From positions 32,001 through 96,000 of the forward strand of contig CAVZYA010000001.1 of NCBI GenBank assembly GCA_963779415.1: a stretch of DNA of 64,000 nucleotides, in the 5' to 3' direction. The notes under the pieces were generated by a model. The model was given only the letters and a program-made list of their open reading frames with translations, did not search any database and was not told the DNA's origin. Origin of the DNA: an uncultured Acidobacteriota bacterium (lineage in GTDB: Bacteria > Acidobacteriota > Thermoanaerobaculia > UBA5066). This document shows positions 51,433 to 62,100 of the stretch, one piece after another. How positions within the stretch are numbered: the first letter of the stretch is position 1; each line of letters opens with the position of its first letter. The position numbers and the translations under genes were made by a program.

Positions 51433-52116
51433 ATGGCCGCGCGCGTCGTGAACCTCTCCGCCCCCCCGATGACCTTCGCCCAGCGCCTCTACCTGATCGA
51501 GATCGTGAAAGGGATGGCCCGGACGCTGGGACACTTCCTCAGGAACCTCGCGGACATGAAGCGGCTTCCGACGATCCAGTACCCCGAGATGCGGCGGAAG
51601 TACTCCGAACGGTTCCGGGGGCGTCACATCCTGAAGACCCGAGAGGACGGGACCCTCCGCTGCGTCGCCTGCTACATGTGCGAGACGGCCTGTCCGGCCG
51701 ACTGCATTCACATCGAGGCGGGGGAGCACCCGGTCCTCGCGTACGAGAAGTACCCCGTCAAGTTCGAGATCGACATGCTCCGGTGCGTCTTCTGTGGCTA
51801 CTGCGTCGACGCCTGCCCGAAGGACGCCATCTGGATGACGAAGGACTACGAGCTGTCGTACTTCGACCGCAAGAGCGCGATCTTCGGCATCGAGAAGCTG
51901 ACGGAAAAGCCGGAGGACACGGCTGCGGAGGGCCCGGGCTACGGCTACCGCCCCTACTACGGCGAGAGCCCGAAGCGGAAGGCGGGGGAGTTCGAGCCTT
52001 CGGGATTGACGCTCCTGCCGCTTCTCGCCAGGCGTGGCGAGGCGATCAACCGGATGCCGGCGCCACCGCCGCCGAAGCCCGCGACGACGCCGCCGCCCCA
52101 GGCGAAGACGGCGTAG
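51433..52116 (+). CDS. nuoI: NADH-quinone oxidoreductase subunit I
   Basis: TIQYPE, RFRGRH, CVACYMCETACP and CVFCGYCVDACP. Confidence 0.93.
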   Translation: MAARVVNLSAPPMTFAQRLYLIEIVKGMARTLGHFLRNLADMKRLPTIQYPEMRRKYSERFRGRHILKTREDGTLRCVACYMCETACPADCIHIEAGEHPVLAYEKYPVKFEIDMLRCVFCGYCVDACPKDAIWMTKDYELSYFDRKSAIFGIEKLTEKPEDTAAEGPGYGYRPYYGESPKRKAGEFEPSGLTLLPLLARRGEAINRMPAPPPPKPATTPPPQAKTA

Positions 52117-52118
52117 GA

Positions 52119-54344
52119 ATGGGCGAGCGCCGGCTCGCGATCCTCACCAGCGGCGGGGATGCCCCCGGAATGAACGCCGTCGTCCGTGCGGCGGTACGGA
52201 CGGCGCTCTCCCGCGAAGCGGTCCCGTTCGCCGTCGCGGACGGGTTCCAGGGCCTCGTCGACGGCGGAGACCGGATCCGCGCGTTGAGCTGGTCCTCCGT
52301 CGGCGGCATTCTCCACCTCGGCGGCACGGTCATCGGGACGGCGCGCTGCGCCGCGTTCTTCGGCCGGGAGGGCCGACGGACGGCCGCCCGGAATCTCCTC
52401 GAAAGACGGATAGACGCCCTCATCTGCGTCGGCGGAGACGGGACGCTCACCGGAGCGGACACCCTGAGGCGCGAATGGCCCTCGCTCGTGGCCGAGCTGG
52501 CGGAGCGGGGCGACATCCCGCCCGACGCCGCCGAACGGCACCCGTTCCTCGCACTCGTCGGGCTCGCCGGCTCGATCGACAACGACATGCCGGGCACCGA
52601 CATGACGCTCGGCGCCGACACGGCGCTTCACCGGATCACCGAAGCCGTCGATGCCCTCACGAGCACAGCCGCGAGCCACCAGCGGGCCTTCGTCGTGGAG
52701 GTGATGGGACGCCGGTGCGGGTACCTCGCGCTGATGAGCGCCCTCGCGACTGGGGCGAGCTGGGTCCTGATCCCCGAGGCGCCCCCGGACGAAGGCTGGG
52801 AAGACCGGATGTGCGCGCGGATCCGCGAGGGACGGAGAGGCGGGCGGCGGCACTCGACGGTCATCGTCGCGGAGGGAGCGGTCGACCGGCGTGGCGCGAC
52901 GATCACGGCCGACCGCATCCGGGCGGTCCTGGAGGAGCGGCTCGGCGTCGAGGCGCGAACGACCGTCCTCGGCCACGTGCAGCGCGGAGGGGCGCCGAGC
53001 GCGTTCGATCGGGTGATGGGAACGCTGCTCGGCCATGCGGCCGTCGAGGAGGCGCTGGCCTTCAGACCCGATTCGATCCCGCAGCTGATCGGACTGAAGG
53101 AGAACCGGATCCAGAAGACGCCGCTGGCGGAATGCGTGGACCGGGCTCGCGCGGTCACGGAGGCTCTCGGAGCGGGCAACTTCGAAGGGGCGCTTTCTCT
53201 CCGCAGCGGAAGCTTCCGCGAAGCGTTCGAGGTTCTCCGGACGCTCGTTCGGGCGCATCCGCAGGAGGCGCCCCCCGGGACCCGCCGCTTCCGGATCGCC
53301 CTCTTGAACGCGGGAGCCCCCGCCCCGGGAATGAACACGGCAGCCCGCACCTTCGTCCGGATCCTCCTCGACCGGGGACACGAGGCGCTCGGCGTGCGGA
53401 ACGGATTCGTGGGGCTCATGGAGGGGACGGTCGAGGAGCTTTCCTGGATGAGCGTCCACGGCTGGGTGAGCCGGGGGGGCGCCGAGCTGGGGACGAACCG
53501 GAAGGTGCCGGACGGCGCCGATTGGGGAGCGGTCGCACGCACCCTCTCCGCGAGCCGCGTGGACGGCCTCCTCGTCGTGGGGGGCTTCACGGGATGCGAG
53601 GCCGCATGGCGGCTTCTCCGGGCCCGGGAGGAGTACGCGGCGCTGAACATCCCGGTGGTCTGCCTGCCGGCAGCCATCGACAACAACCTTCCGGGAGCCG
53701 AGCTGGCGCTCGGCGCGGATACCGCCCTGAACTCCATCGTCGAAGCCGTCGACAAGATCAAGCAGTCGGCGGTGGCGTGGCGGCGCGCCTTCGTCGTCGA
53801 GGTGATGGGGGCCTGGTGCGGCTACCTCGCGACGGCGGCCGGGCTCGCGACCGGAGCGGAGAGGGTGTACATCCACGAGGATCCCCTCACGATGGCGCGG
53901 CTCGAACAGGACGTACGCGACCTCTCGGACGGCTTTGCGAGGGGCAAGAGGCTCGGCCTCGTCATCCGGAACGAGAACGCGCACACGGTCTTCTCGACGG
54001 CTTTCCTCCGCCGCCTCTTCGAGGCGGAAGGGAAAGGGCTCTTCGACGCCCGCCAGGCGATCCTCGGCCACCTCCAGCAGGGGGGAAACCCGACGCCGTT
54101 CGACCGGATCCTCGCGACGCGCCTCGCGGTCCGCTGCGCGGATTTCCTCCTCGAGGCGTGCCGGAAGGGGGAGGCGCCGGCCTCCTTCATGGGTTTCGAG
54201 GGAGGACGCCTCCGGTTCGTCGACTTCGCCCAGTTCACGTCGATGGTGGAGCGGGAGTTCCGGCGCTCGAAGAACCGGTGGTGGCGCTCGTATGAGCCCG
54301 TCGCGGATCTGCTCGACCGGCCGGGGCCGGGGGCCGGCGCTTGA
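52119..54344 (+). CDS. pfkA: ATP-dependent 6-phosphofructokinase, eukaryote-type tandem duplication
   Basis: N-half TSGGDAPGMN, GGDGT, GSIDND, MGR; C-half GAPAPGMN, PAAIDNN, LGHLQQGGNPTPFDR. Confidence 0.92.
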   Translation: MGERRLAILTSGGDAPGMNAVVRAAVRTALSREAVPFAVADGFQGLVDGGDRIRALSWSSVGGILHLGGTVIGTARCAAFFGREGRRTAARNLLERRIDALICVGGDGTLTGADTLRREWPSLVAELAERGDIPPDAAERHPFLALVGLAGSIDNDMPGTDMTLGADTALHRITEAVDALTSTAASHQRAFVVEVMGRRCGYLALMSALATGASWVLIPEAPPDEGWEDRMCARIREGRRGGRRHSTVIVAEGAVDRRGATITADRIRAVLEERLGVEARTTVLGHVQRGGAPSAFDRVMGTLLGHAAVEEALAFRPDSIPQLIGLKENRIQKTPLAECVDRARAVTEALGAGNFEGALSLRSGSFREAFEVLRTLVRAHPQEAPPGTRRFRIALLNAGAPAPGMNTAARTFVRILLDRGHEALGVRNGFVGLMEGTVEELSWMSVHGWVSRGGAELGTNRKVPDGADWGAVARTLSASRVDGLLVVGGFTGCEAAWRLLRAREEYAALNIPVVCLPAAIDNNLPGAELALGADTALNSIVEAVDKIKQSAVAWRRAFVVEVMGAWCGYLATAAGLATGAERVYIHEDPLTMARLEQDVRDLSDGFARGKRLGLVIRNENAHTVFSTAFLRRLFEAEGKGLFDARQAILGHLQQGGNPTPFDRILATRLAVRCADFLLEACRKGEAPASFMGFEGGRLRFVDFAQFTSMVEREFRRSKNRWWRSYEPVADLLDRPGPGAGA

Positions 54345-57300
54345 GGGACGCTCCCGAGCTGCGGGACCGGAGGGTGCGCGAGGCGACCTATGCGATCGCC
54401 CGCGCGGTGTCACGGACCGAAGGGCTCGGCGAGCTCTTCCGGAGCCTGCACCGGATCGTGGCCGACCTGATGGAGGCGAAGAACTTCTACGTCGCCCTCG
54501 CGGACGAGGCGACGGGCCTCATCAGCTTCCCCTATTTCTCGGACGAACGGGATCCCGTCCCTCCGGCCGGACCGCAGGAAGCCGGGCGGGGGTTGACGGC
54601 TTATGTCCTGCGGAGACGGCAGCCTCTCCTCGCGAGCCCGGAGGTCTTCGAGAGGCTCGTCGCGGAGGGAGAGGTGGACCTCGTCGGGGCGCCGTCGGTC
54701 GACTGGCTCGGCGTTCCGCTTCTCGTGGGGGAGCGGACCATCGGCGTCCTCGCCGTCCAGAGCTACTCGGGCGACGTCCGTTACACGAGGGACGATCTCG
54801 ATCTCCTCCTCTTCGTCTCGGCGCAGATCGCCCTTGCCGTCGAGAGGCGCCGGACCGAGGAGGCGCTCCGGGAGAGCGAGCGGCGCCACCGGGCCATCCT
54901 CGAGGCCCTTCCCGATCTCCTCTTCATCCTCTCGCGGGAAGGGAGGTACCTCGCGGTTCACGCCGCGCGCGAGGATCGTCTGATCGCGCCTCCGGAGACC
55001 CTCCTTTCGAGTTCCGTTCAGGAGCAGCTGCCCGGGGAACCCGCCCGCCTCTGGCTCGACGCGATCGGACGGTGCCTCGGAAGCGGCATGCCGGAGGTCC
55101 TTCAATACCCGCTCGACGTCCCGGCGGGACGCCGGTGGTTCGAGGCCCGGATCGTCCCCTACGGAACCGACGCCGTCCTCTCCCTCGTCCGGGACAGGAC
55201 CGAGTTCTACGAGGCCGAGCGGACGCTCCGGCAGCGCGAGCGCGAGCTGAAGAGGCGGACGGACGCGATGATCGACGTCATCGCCGAGATCGGCCTCGAC
55301 GGGAAGTTCCGCTACGCCTCGCCTTCCTACCGGCTCCTCGGATGGGATCCGGAAAAGATCATCGGGACGTCCGGCCTCGATCTCGTCCACCCCGAGGACC
55401 GCCCGAGGGTCCGGGAGGTTCTCTCGGGCGTCGTCCGCGACGGACGCCCTGCGACCGTGCCGTACCGGTTCCGGAAGGCCGACGGCCGTTACCTCTGGTC
55501 CGAATCGGTCGCGACGGTTCTGCTCGATGAAGGGGGCGCGCCGGAGGGTTTCGTCGTCTCCTCGCGCGACGTCACCCTGAGGATCCGGGACGAGGCCATC
55601 CTCTCGGTCCTCCACGAGACGGAGAGGGCGCTCCTCCGTCGCGAGCCGGTCGAGCCGCTCCTCCAGAGGATCTGCGACCAGCTCCTTTCGATCTTCGGCC
55701 TCGAAGCGGTTTTCATCGGCGAGCGGACGGCGGACGGGTCGATCGTGGCGCGAGCGTCGGCGGGAGCCGATGCGGGGCGGACGTCGCTGCCGGGGACCTT
55801 TCTCGCGCCGCTCGCGGCCCGCGACCGGGTCCTCGGAGTCCTCGAGGTACGGACGGCTCCGGACGTGCCGGTGGACGCGGAGACGCAGGCGATGCTCCAC
55901 CGCTTCGCCGATCAGATCGCCCTCCTTCTCCTCGAGGCCGAGCAGCTCGATCGCCTCCAGCTCCAGACGGCCGCCCTCGAGGCGGCGGCAAACGCCGTTC
56001 TGATAAGCGACGCCGAGGGGCGGGTCGAGTGGGTGAACCGGGCTTTCGCCGAGCTGACGGGCTACTCGCTCGAGGAGATGCGGGGGCAGACGCCACGGAT
56101 CCTGAAGTCGGGCGTCCAGAACCCTTTCTACTACGAAAAGCTCTGGGAGACGGTCCTTGCGGGGAACGTCTGGCATGGGGAGCTCTATAACCGGCGGAAG
56201 GACGGCTCCGTCTACATCGAGGAACAGACGATCACGCCGGTCCGCGGGTCGGACGGGACGATCCGCCACTTCGTCGCCATCAAGCAGGACGTCACGATGC
56301 GCAAGAGGACCGAGGAGCGGATCCGGCACCTCGCCCTGCACGATCCCCTCACGGACCTCGGGAACCGGCGCGCCGCGGAGGAGGTCCTCGAACGCGCCGT
56401 GGCGCGGGCGCGCCGCGGCACGCCGACGACGCTTCTCCTCCTCGACCTCGATCACTTCAAGGTCGTGAACGACACGCTCGGGCACGCGGCCGGAGACACG
56501 GTCCTCATCGACGTGTCGCGGCTTCTTCTCTCGCTCCGGCGACCCGGCGACGAGGTGGCGAGGCTCGGCGGCGACGAGTTCGTCGTCGTCCTCGAAGGGA
56601 CGGAGACGGAGGCCGGCCGGCTCGTCGCGGAGCGGCTCCGGCGGGCCGTGGAGGAGCACCCTTTCGAGGTCGGAGGGCGCCGCTTCGATCTCGGCGTCTC
56701 CATCGGAGTCCTTCCGATCGACGGACGGGTCGAGGCCGGGGCGCTGCTCGGGCTCGCGGATGCGGCGCTCTACGCGGCGAAGGAACGGGGCCGGAACCGG
56801 ATCGCGATCAGCGACGGAACGAGCGCACCGCTCGGACCGCTCTCCGAAGCGAGCCTCTGGGCCTCCCGTGTCAAGGAAGCCCTGCGCGAGGGAAGGTTCG
56901 TCCTCGCCTTCCAGCCGATCGTCCGGCTCGCGACGAGGACGCCGACCCATTACGAAGCGCTTCTCCGGATGCGCGATCCGGAGGGAGGGCTCCTCCTGCC
57001 CGGCGTCTTCCTCCCCGCCGCGGAGCGGTTCGGCCTGATGCCGCAGATCGACGCATGGGTCTTCTCGGAACTGCTCGGCCTCCTCGCGCAGCGCCACGAC
57101 CTCGAGATCTTCATGAATCTCTCCGGAGCGAGCCTCGGCGACGAGAGCCTTCTTCTCTCGTTCGAAGAGCGTCTCCGCACGAGCAGGATCGGCCCGGGGC
57201 GCCTCGCCATCGAAGTGACCGAGACGACGGCGGTCCGCGACATCCTCGCGGCCCGGGAGTGGATGCGGCGCCTGAAGGACCTCGGATGCCGGTTCGCGCT

Positions 57301-57595
57301 CGACGACTTCGGCATCGGGTTCTCCTCCTTCGCCTACCTCCAGAGCCTTCCGGTCGACTACGTCAAGATCGACGGATTCTTCCTTCGCGACCTCGCCTCG
57401 AGCACGGCCAACCGTGCCCTCGTGCAGGCGATCGAGACCGTGTCCGAGACCCTCGGCAAGGAGACCATCGCCGAATCGGTGGAGCACGCGGAGTCCATCC
57501 CCGTCCTCCTCTCGCTCGGCGTGGAGTTCGGGCAGGGGTACGCGCTCGGGATGCCGTCGGTCGGACCCCCTCCCCGGCCGCGGACGGGCCCCTAG
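54341..57595 (+). CDS. GAF-PAS-PAS-GAF-PAS-GGDEF-EAL c-di-GMP enzyme
   Basis: DLDHFKVVND, RPGD I-site, GGDEF, YEALLR and DDFG; PAS motifs VHPED and VNRAF. Confidence 0.92.
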   Translation: MRDAPELRDRRVREATYAIARAVSRTEGLGELFRSLHRIVADLMEAKNFYVALADEATGLISFPYFSDERDPVPPAGPQEAGRGLTAYVLRRRQPLLASPEVFERLVAEGEVDLVGAPSVDWLGVPLLVGERTIGVLAVQSYSGDVRYTRDDLDLLLFVSAQIALAVERRRTEEALRESERRHRAILEALPDLLFILSREGRYLAVHAAREDRLIAPPETLLSSSVQEQLPGEPARLWLDAIGRCLGSGMPEVLQYPLDVPAGRRWFEARIVPYGTDAVLSLVRDRTEFYEAERTLRQRERELKRRTDAMIDVIAEIGLDGKFRYASPSYRLLGWDPEKIIGTSGLDLVHPEDRPRVREVLSGVVRDGRPATVPYRFRKADGRYLWSESVATVLLDEGGAPEGFVVSSRDVTLRIRDEAILSVLHETERALLRREPVEPLLQRICDQLLSIFGLEAVFIGERTADGSIVARASAGADAGRTSLPGTFLAPLAARDRVLGVLEVRTAPDVPVDAETQAMLHRFADQIALLLLEAEQLDRLQLQTAALEAAANAVLISDAEGRVEWVNRAFAELTGYSLEEMRGQTPRILKSGVQNPFYYEKLWETVLAGNVWHGELYNRRKDGSVYIEEQTITPVRGSDGTIRHFVAIKQDVTMRKRTEERIRHLALHDPLTDLGNRRAAEEVLERAVARARRGTPTTLLLLDLDHFKVVNDTLGHAAGDTVLIDVSRLLLSLRRPGDEVARLGGDEFVVVLEGTETEAGRLVAERLRRAVEEHPFEVGGRRFDLGVSIGVLPIDGRVEAGALLGLADAALYAAKERGRNRIAISDGTSAPLGPLSEASLWASRVKEALREGRFVLAFQPIVRLATRTPTHYEALLRMRDPEGGLLLPGVFLPAAERFGLMPQIDAWVFSELLGLLAQRHDLEIFMNLSGASLGDESLLLSFEERLRTSRIGPGRLAIEVTETTAVRDILAAREWMRRLKDLGCRFALDDFGIGFSSFAYLQSLPVDYVKIDGFFLRDLASSTANRALVQAIETVSETLGKETIAESVEHAESIPVLLSLGVEFGQGYALGMPSVGPPPRPRTGP

Positions 57596-58920
57596 AGCGC
57601 TTCGGACCCGGTCGGGTGCTCCCGGATCTTCCCGTTCGGAAGGCCGGCGTTCAGGACGATCGGAGGGAGCTCGGTGTCGATGAGGTACTCGAACTCCTTC
57701 CGGAAGTCGGTGAGCGAGATCCCGGCGGTCGCGGCGAACTTCGCCAGCTCGTGCGGGTCGTCGAAGTCGTCGCGGCGGAGGCGGATCATGTAACGGCGCG
57801 CGATGGCGTAACGCGTCGAGCGGATGTCCACCATCCGCACTTTCGTCCGGCCCGTTTCGGGATCGATCATCTCCCGGAAGGGGATCGGGACGAAGTTTCC
57901 GGCCTGCATGGAGATCATCGCGGCGTTCCCGCCGGAGACGAGGTACTTCGTCGCGCAATACCCGAGGTCGCGCGTGTACTCGAGGTCGTACGGCACCGGG
58001 TCGGCGCATCGCAGCTCGTAACCGATGGTCTTCGCCGCGATCGTCGTTTTGATCCCGAACTGAAGGAGCCGCTGCTGGACGGCCGCCTTCAGGATCTCGC
58101 CGATGTTCACCTCGGCGATCCGGACGTTCCCGTGGGCGTCGCACTCGATTTCCTGGACTCCCGCGAGCTCCTTCGGATCGAGGCCGAGGACGAGCCCCTC
58201 GGCGATGACGGCGACGCCGTCGCGCCGCCCGTAGGAGAGCCGCTTGATGATGGCCCCGGCGAGCGTGTCGACGATCGCCTGGAACCGGATCTTCTGCGTC
58301 TGGAACTCCTCGGGGATGAGCGTGAGCGTCGCGCCCGCCGCCTTCCCGATGCCGAGAGCGAGATGGCCGGCTTTCCGCCCCATGGCGATGACGAAGTACC
58401 AGCGCGAGGTCGTCTTGGCGTCCACCATCAGGTTCTTGACGATCTCGACGCCGTGGTGGCGGGCCGTCTGGAAGCCGAAGGTGTCGACGTGCGGAGGAAG
58501 GTCGAGGTCGTTGTCGATCGTCTTCGGAACGTGGACGACCTGGATCCGGCCGCCCGCCCTCTCCTCGAGCTTCATCGCCGAGTACGCGGTGTCGTCGCCG
58601 CCGATGGTGATGAGCTGCGAGACGTTGAGGCGGAGGAGGGAAATGACGGTGTTCTCGAGGTGTTTCGGGTCCTTCGTCGGGTTCGCGCGCGAGATCCCGA
58701 TGTGGGAGCCGCCCCGAAAGTGGATCCGGCTGATCGCGTCGATCGTCAGCGGGGTCACGTGATCGACGTTCCCCTCCATGATCCATTCGAACCCGTCGCG
58801 GATTCCGATAACCTCGACGCCTTCGAGAATCGCCCGGATCGTCGACGAGCCGATGACGCTGTTGATCCCGGGGGCCGGACCCCCTCCGACGAGGATGGCG
58901 AGATTCTTTGCGTGGCTCAT
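57592..58920 (-). CDS. pfp: Pyrophosphate-dependent phosphofructokinase
   Basis: GGGPAPG; GGDDT and PKTIDND are the PPi-specific residues; MGR, GYELRCADP. Confidence 0.9.
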   Translation of the reverse strand: MSHAKNLAILVGGGPAPGINSVIGSSTIRAILEGVEVIGIRDGFEWIMEGNVDHVTPLTIDAISRIHFRGGSHIGISRANPTKDPKHLENTVISLLRLNVSQLITIGGDDTAYSAMKLEERAGGRIQVVHVPKTIDNDLDLPPHVDTFGFQTARHHGVEIVKNLMVDAKTTSRWYFVIAMGRKAGHLALGIGKAAGATLTLIPEEFQTQKIRFQAIVDTLAGAIIKRLSYGRRDGVAVIAEGLVLGLDPKELAGVQEIECDAHGNVRIAEVNIGEILKAAVQQRLLQFGIKTTIAAKTIGYELRCADPVPYDLEYTRDLGYCATKYLVSGGNAAMISMQAGNFVPIPFREMIDPETGRTKVRMVDIRSTRYAIARRYMIRLRRDDFDDPHELAKFAATAGISLTDFRKEFEYLIDTELPPIVLNAGLPNGKIREHPTGSEAL

Positions 58921-59101
58921 TCGAGGACCCCCGCGAGGATATTAGCGAAGAGAGGAGCGGGCAGGAGGGACGCCCCGGTCCGGACGCGGGGGCGCCGCTC
59001 CGGACGAGGCCGTCCCCAAAGCGTCTCGCCTTGAGTCTCGCGGCCACACTGAGATACGATCTCAATGAATCCCCCCTCTGCGGGGCCATGGGGACGGGAT
59101 C

Positions 59102-62100
59102 ATGCTCTTCAGGCTGCGTTGCCTTCGCACCCGCCGGTTCGTCCGTGCCTGCTCTCTCGCAGGCCTCATTCTTATCGCGGGCGTTGCCCGCGGCGACGTC
59201 GACGTGTGGAGCAGCGTCGGACCAAACGGGGGATCGGTGTTCGCCCTCGCGATCGATCCGCACGCGCCGGCGACGATTTACGCAGGCACCGGCGGCGGGT
59301 CCCTGAAGTTCTCGGGCGGCAACGGCGGCGCCGTCTTCAAGACGACGAACGGCGGGGCGAGCTGGCAGGGTGCCGCGAGCAGCCTGCCGTCCGACGCCTT
59401 CATCTCCCTCGCGATCGACCCCGTCGCCTCCTCGACCGTGTATGCCGGCACGAAGCACTCGGGAGTCTTCAAGAGCACGGACGGCGGGGCGACGTGGACG
59501 CCGCCCGCGGCCAACCTCGCGGCGTCGAGGGTCTACGCGCTCGTCGTCGACCCGGGGACGCCGGCCACGCTCTATGCGGCCACGGACACGGGCGTCTTCA
59601 AGAGCACGGACGCCGCCGCGACGTGGGCGGCCGCCACCGCAGGCGTCGGCCAGCAGCTCGTCTACTCTCTCGCGATCGACCCGACGGCGCCCTCGACCCT
59701 TTATGCGGGGACGGCGAACAACGGCATCTTCAAGAGCGTCGATGGGGCATCGACGTGGACGGCGGCCTCGAGCGGCCTGACGGGCACGAGAGTCTTCGCG
59801 ATCGTCGTCGATCCGAAGACCCCTGCAACCCTCTACGCCGGGACGAACGGCAGCGGCGTCTTCAAGAGCACCGACGGCGCGGCGACCTGGACGGCGGCCG
59901 CCTTCAAAGGGACCAACTTCGCCCTGGCCATCGACCCCGTCACGCCCACCACGGTCTATGCCTGCGCCAACGCCGTGCAGGTCGCGAAGAGCCTCGACGG
60001 GGCCGCGACCCTGAACAGGGTGACCGGCGGATTCCCGAACCAGGCCATCAACGCCGTGGTGGTCGACCCGGTGACGCCCTCCACGCTCTACATCGGCGCG
60101 GCGAACGGCGTCTTCAAGAGTACGAACGGGGGCGTGAACGCCCAGACCGCAAGCACGGGCCTGACGGCGGTCAGGATCTTCGCGCTCGCCGTCGACCCCG
60201 CAGCACCCGCGATCATCTACGCGGGCACCGACATCGGCCTCTTCAAGAGCACCGACGGCGGGACGAGCTGGACGATCCTCACCGTCGACCCGAACTCGGC
60301 GCGCGTCCTATCGCTCGCGATCCTCCCGGGATCCTCGGCGATTCTGGCGGGGACGGATTACCAGGGGTGGAGGAGCACCGACGGCGGGGCGACCTGGACG
60401 CCCCTCACCGGCGTGGGCGTGCCTTACGCGTGGGCGGTGGACCCCGGATCGCCGGCGACCATTTACGCCGCCGGAGGATTCGGTGCGAGCGGCGCGCTGC
60501 AGGGCGGCGCGTGGAAGAGCACCGACGGCGGCGCGACGTGGACGGGTTACGGTGACGCGAACGCCCCCCTTCCCATCTTCGAGAGCATCGTGGTCCCCGC
60601 CGCGGGATCCACCGCGGCCGTCGGGACGGATTCCGGCGTCTACGGGATCTTCATCCACGGGGGCGGCCGATACGAATGGGTCACGAACAACGCGCTCGCC
60701 GGCAAGGTCGTCTGGGCGCTGGCGGTGGATCCTGACTCCTCCTCGATCTTCTGGGCCGGCACCGACAATGGCCTCTTTCGCTCCACGGACGGCGGCGTGA
60801 GCTGGGCACCGGTGACGAATGGCCTGCCCGCGGCGACGATCACGGCCCTCAAGTTCGATCCCGCGTCGCCCACGACGTTCTACGCGGCCACGACTGCCGG
60901 ACTGTTCCGGAGCACGGACGACGGGGCGACGTGGACGGCTCTCAACGCGGGCCTCACGAACCTCTTCGTGAACGCCTTCGCGATCCTCCCCGGTCCGCCC
61001 GAGACGCTCTTCGTGGGCATCTTCGGTGGAGGCGTCTACCGCTTCCCGACCCCGCCCCCGGTGGCGGACTTCACGTGGGTCGGGATTCCAGTCGCCGGCC
61101 AGCCTTTTGGCTTCACGGACCTCTCGAGCGGAAACCCGGCGTCCTGGTCGTGGACCTTCGGCGACGGGGGCGTGGCGACGACACCTTACCCGCAGCACAC
61201 GTTCGCGGCCGCTGGCTCCTATCCGGTATCCCTCACGGTGACGAACGCGGCCGGCCCGAACACGAAGACGAAGACGATCACCGTCACGCCGGCAGTCGCC
61301 GGCAGCACCGTCACGAAGGTCGTCCCCATCGTCCTCGACGTCTCGGGCGTGGGCGGAGCGCGCTTCTCCTCGGAGCTGACGCTCGCGAACCGGGGCACGA
61401 CGACCGCGACGCTCCAGATCACGTACGTGGCGGCGACGTCGCTCGGCACCTCGGGGTCAGGAACCGTCGCCGAGATGCTCGGACCGGGGCGACAGATCAT
61501 CATCTCCGATGCGATCGGCTACCTTCGCTCGAAGGGCCTGGCGATCCCGTCGGGCTCGAACCAGGGCGGCGCCCTTTTCCTCACGTTCGAAGGCCTGTCG
61601 TCGGATACCGTCGCCTTCGCGGGCGCGCGGACGACGGCGCCGTCCGCGGGGGGCAGGGCCGGGCTCGCGTACCCCGCCGTCCGGCTCGACGACGGCTTCA
61701 TGACGCTCGTCTACCTGTTCGGCCTCCGCGAGAACGCCGCTGACCGGAGCAACCTCGCTCTCGTGAACATGAACGCGGCGGTGCCGATCACGCTCCGGGT
61801 GACTCTCTACGCGGGCGCCGACGGGCGGTCCACGGTCCTTCCGAACGTCATCCTCGGGCCGGGCCAGTGGACACAGATCGGTCACGTCCTGTCTTCGGCC
61901 GGGTATACCGACGGCTGGGCGACGGTCGAGCTCATCGATGGGCCCGGACCGTTCTACGCGTACGCCGTCTTCAACGACAACACGACGGCTGACGGCTCCT
62001 TCGTGCCGCCCACGCTCGACGGAGACGCCCGATCCATCCTGCCCGTCCTCGTGGAGACGAGCACCTTCCAGAGCGAGCTCGTCCTTTCGAACCCGTTCAA

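Noticed and set aside
54410-59458. 1682-aa minus-strand ORF and other long antisense ORFs, for example opposite gdhA and nuoCD
   Set aside because: Shadow frames of high-GC genes with no recognisable motifs; the opposite strand or another frame encodes clear proteins
59230-61050. Periodic DNA repeats (gtcttcaagagcaccgacggc) as a non-coding array
   Set aside because: They are in-frame Asp-box propeller blades of one ORF
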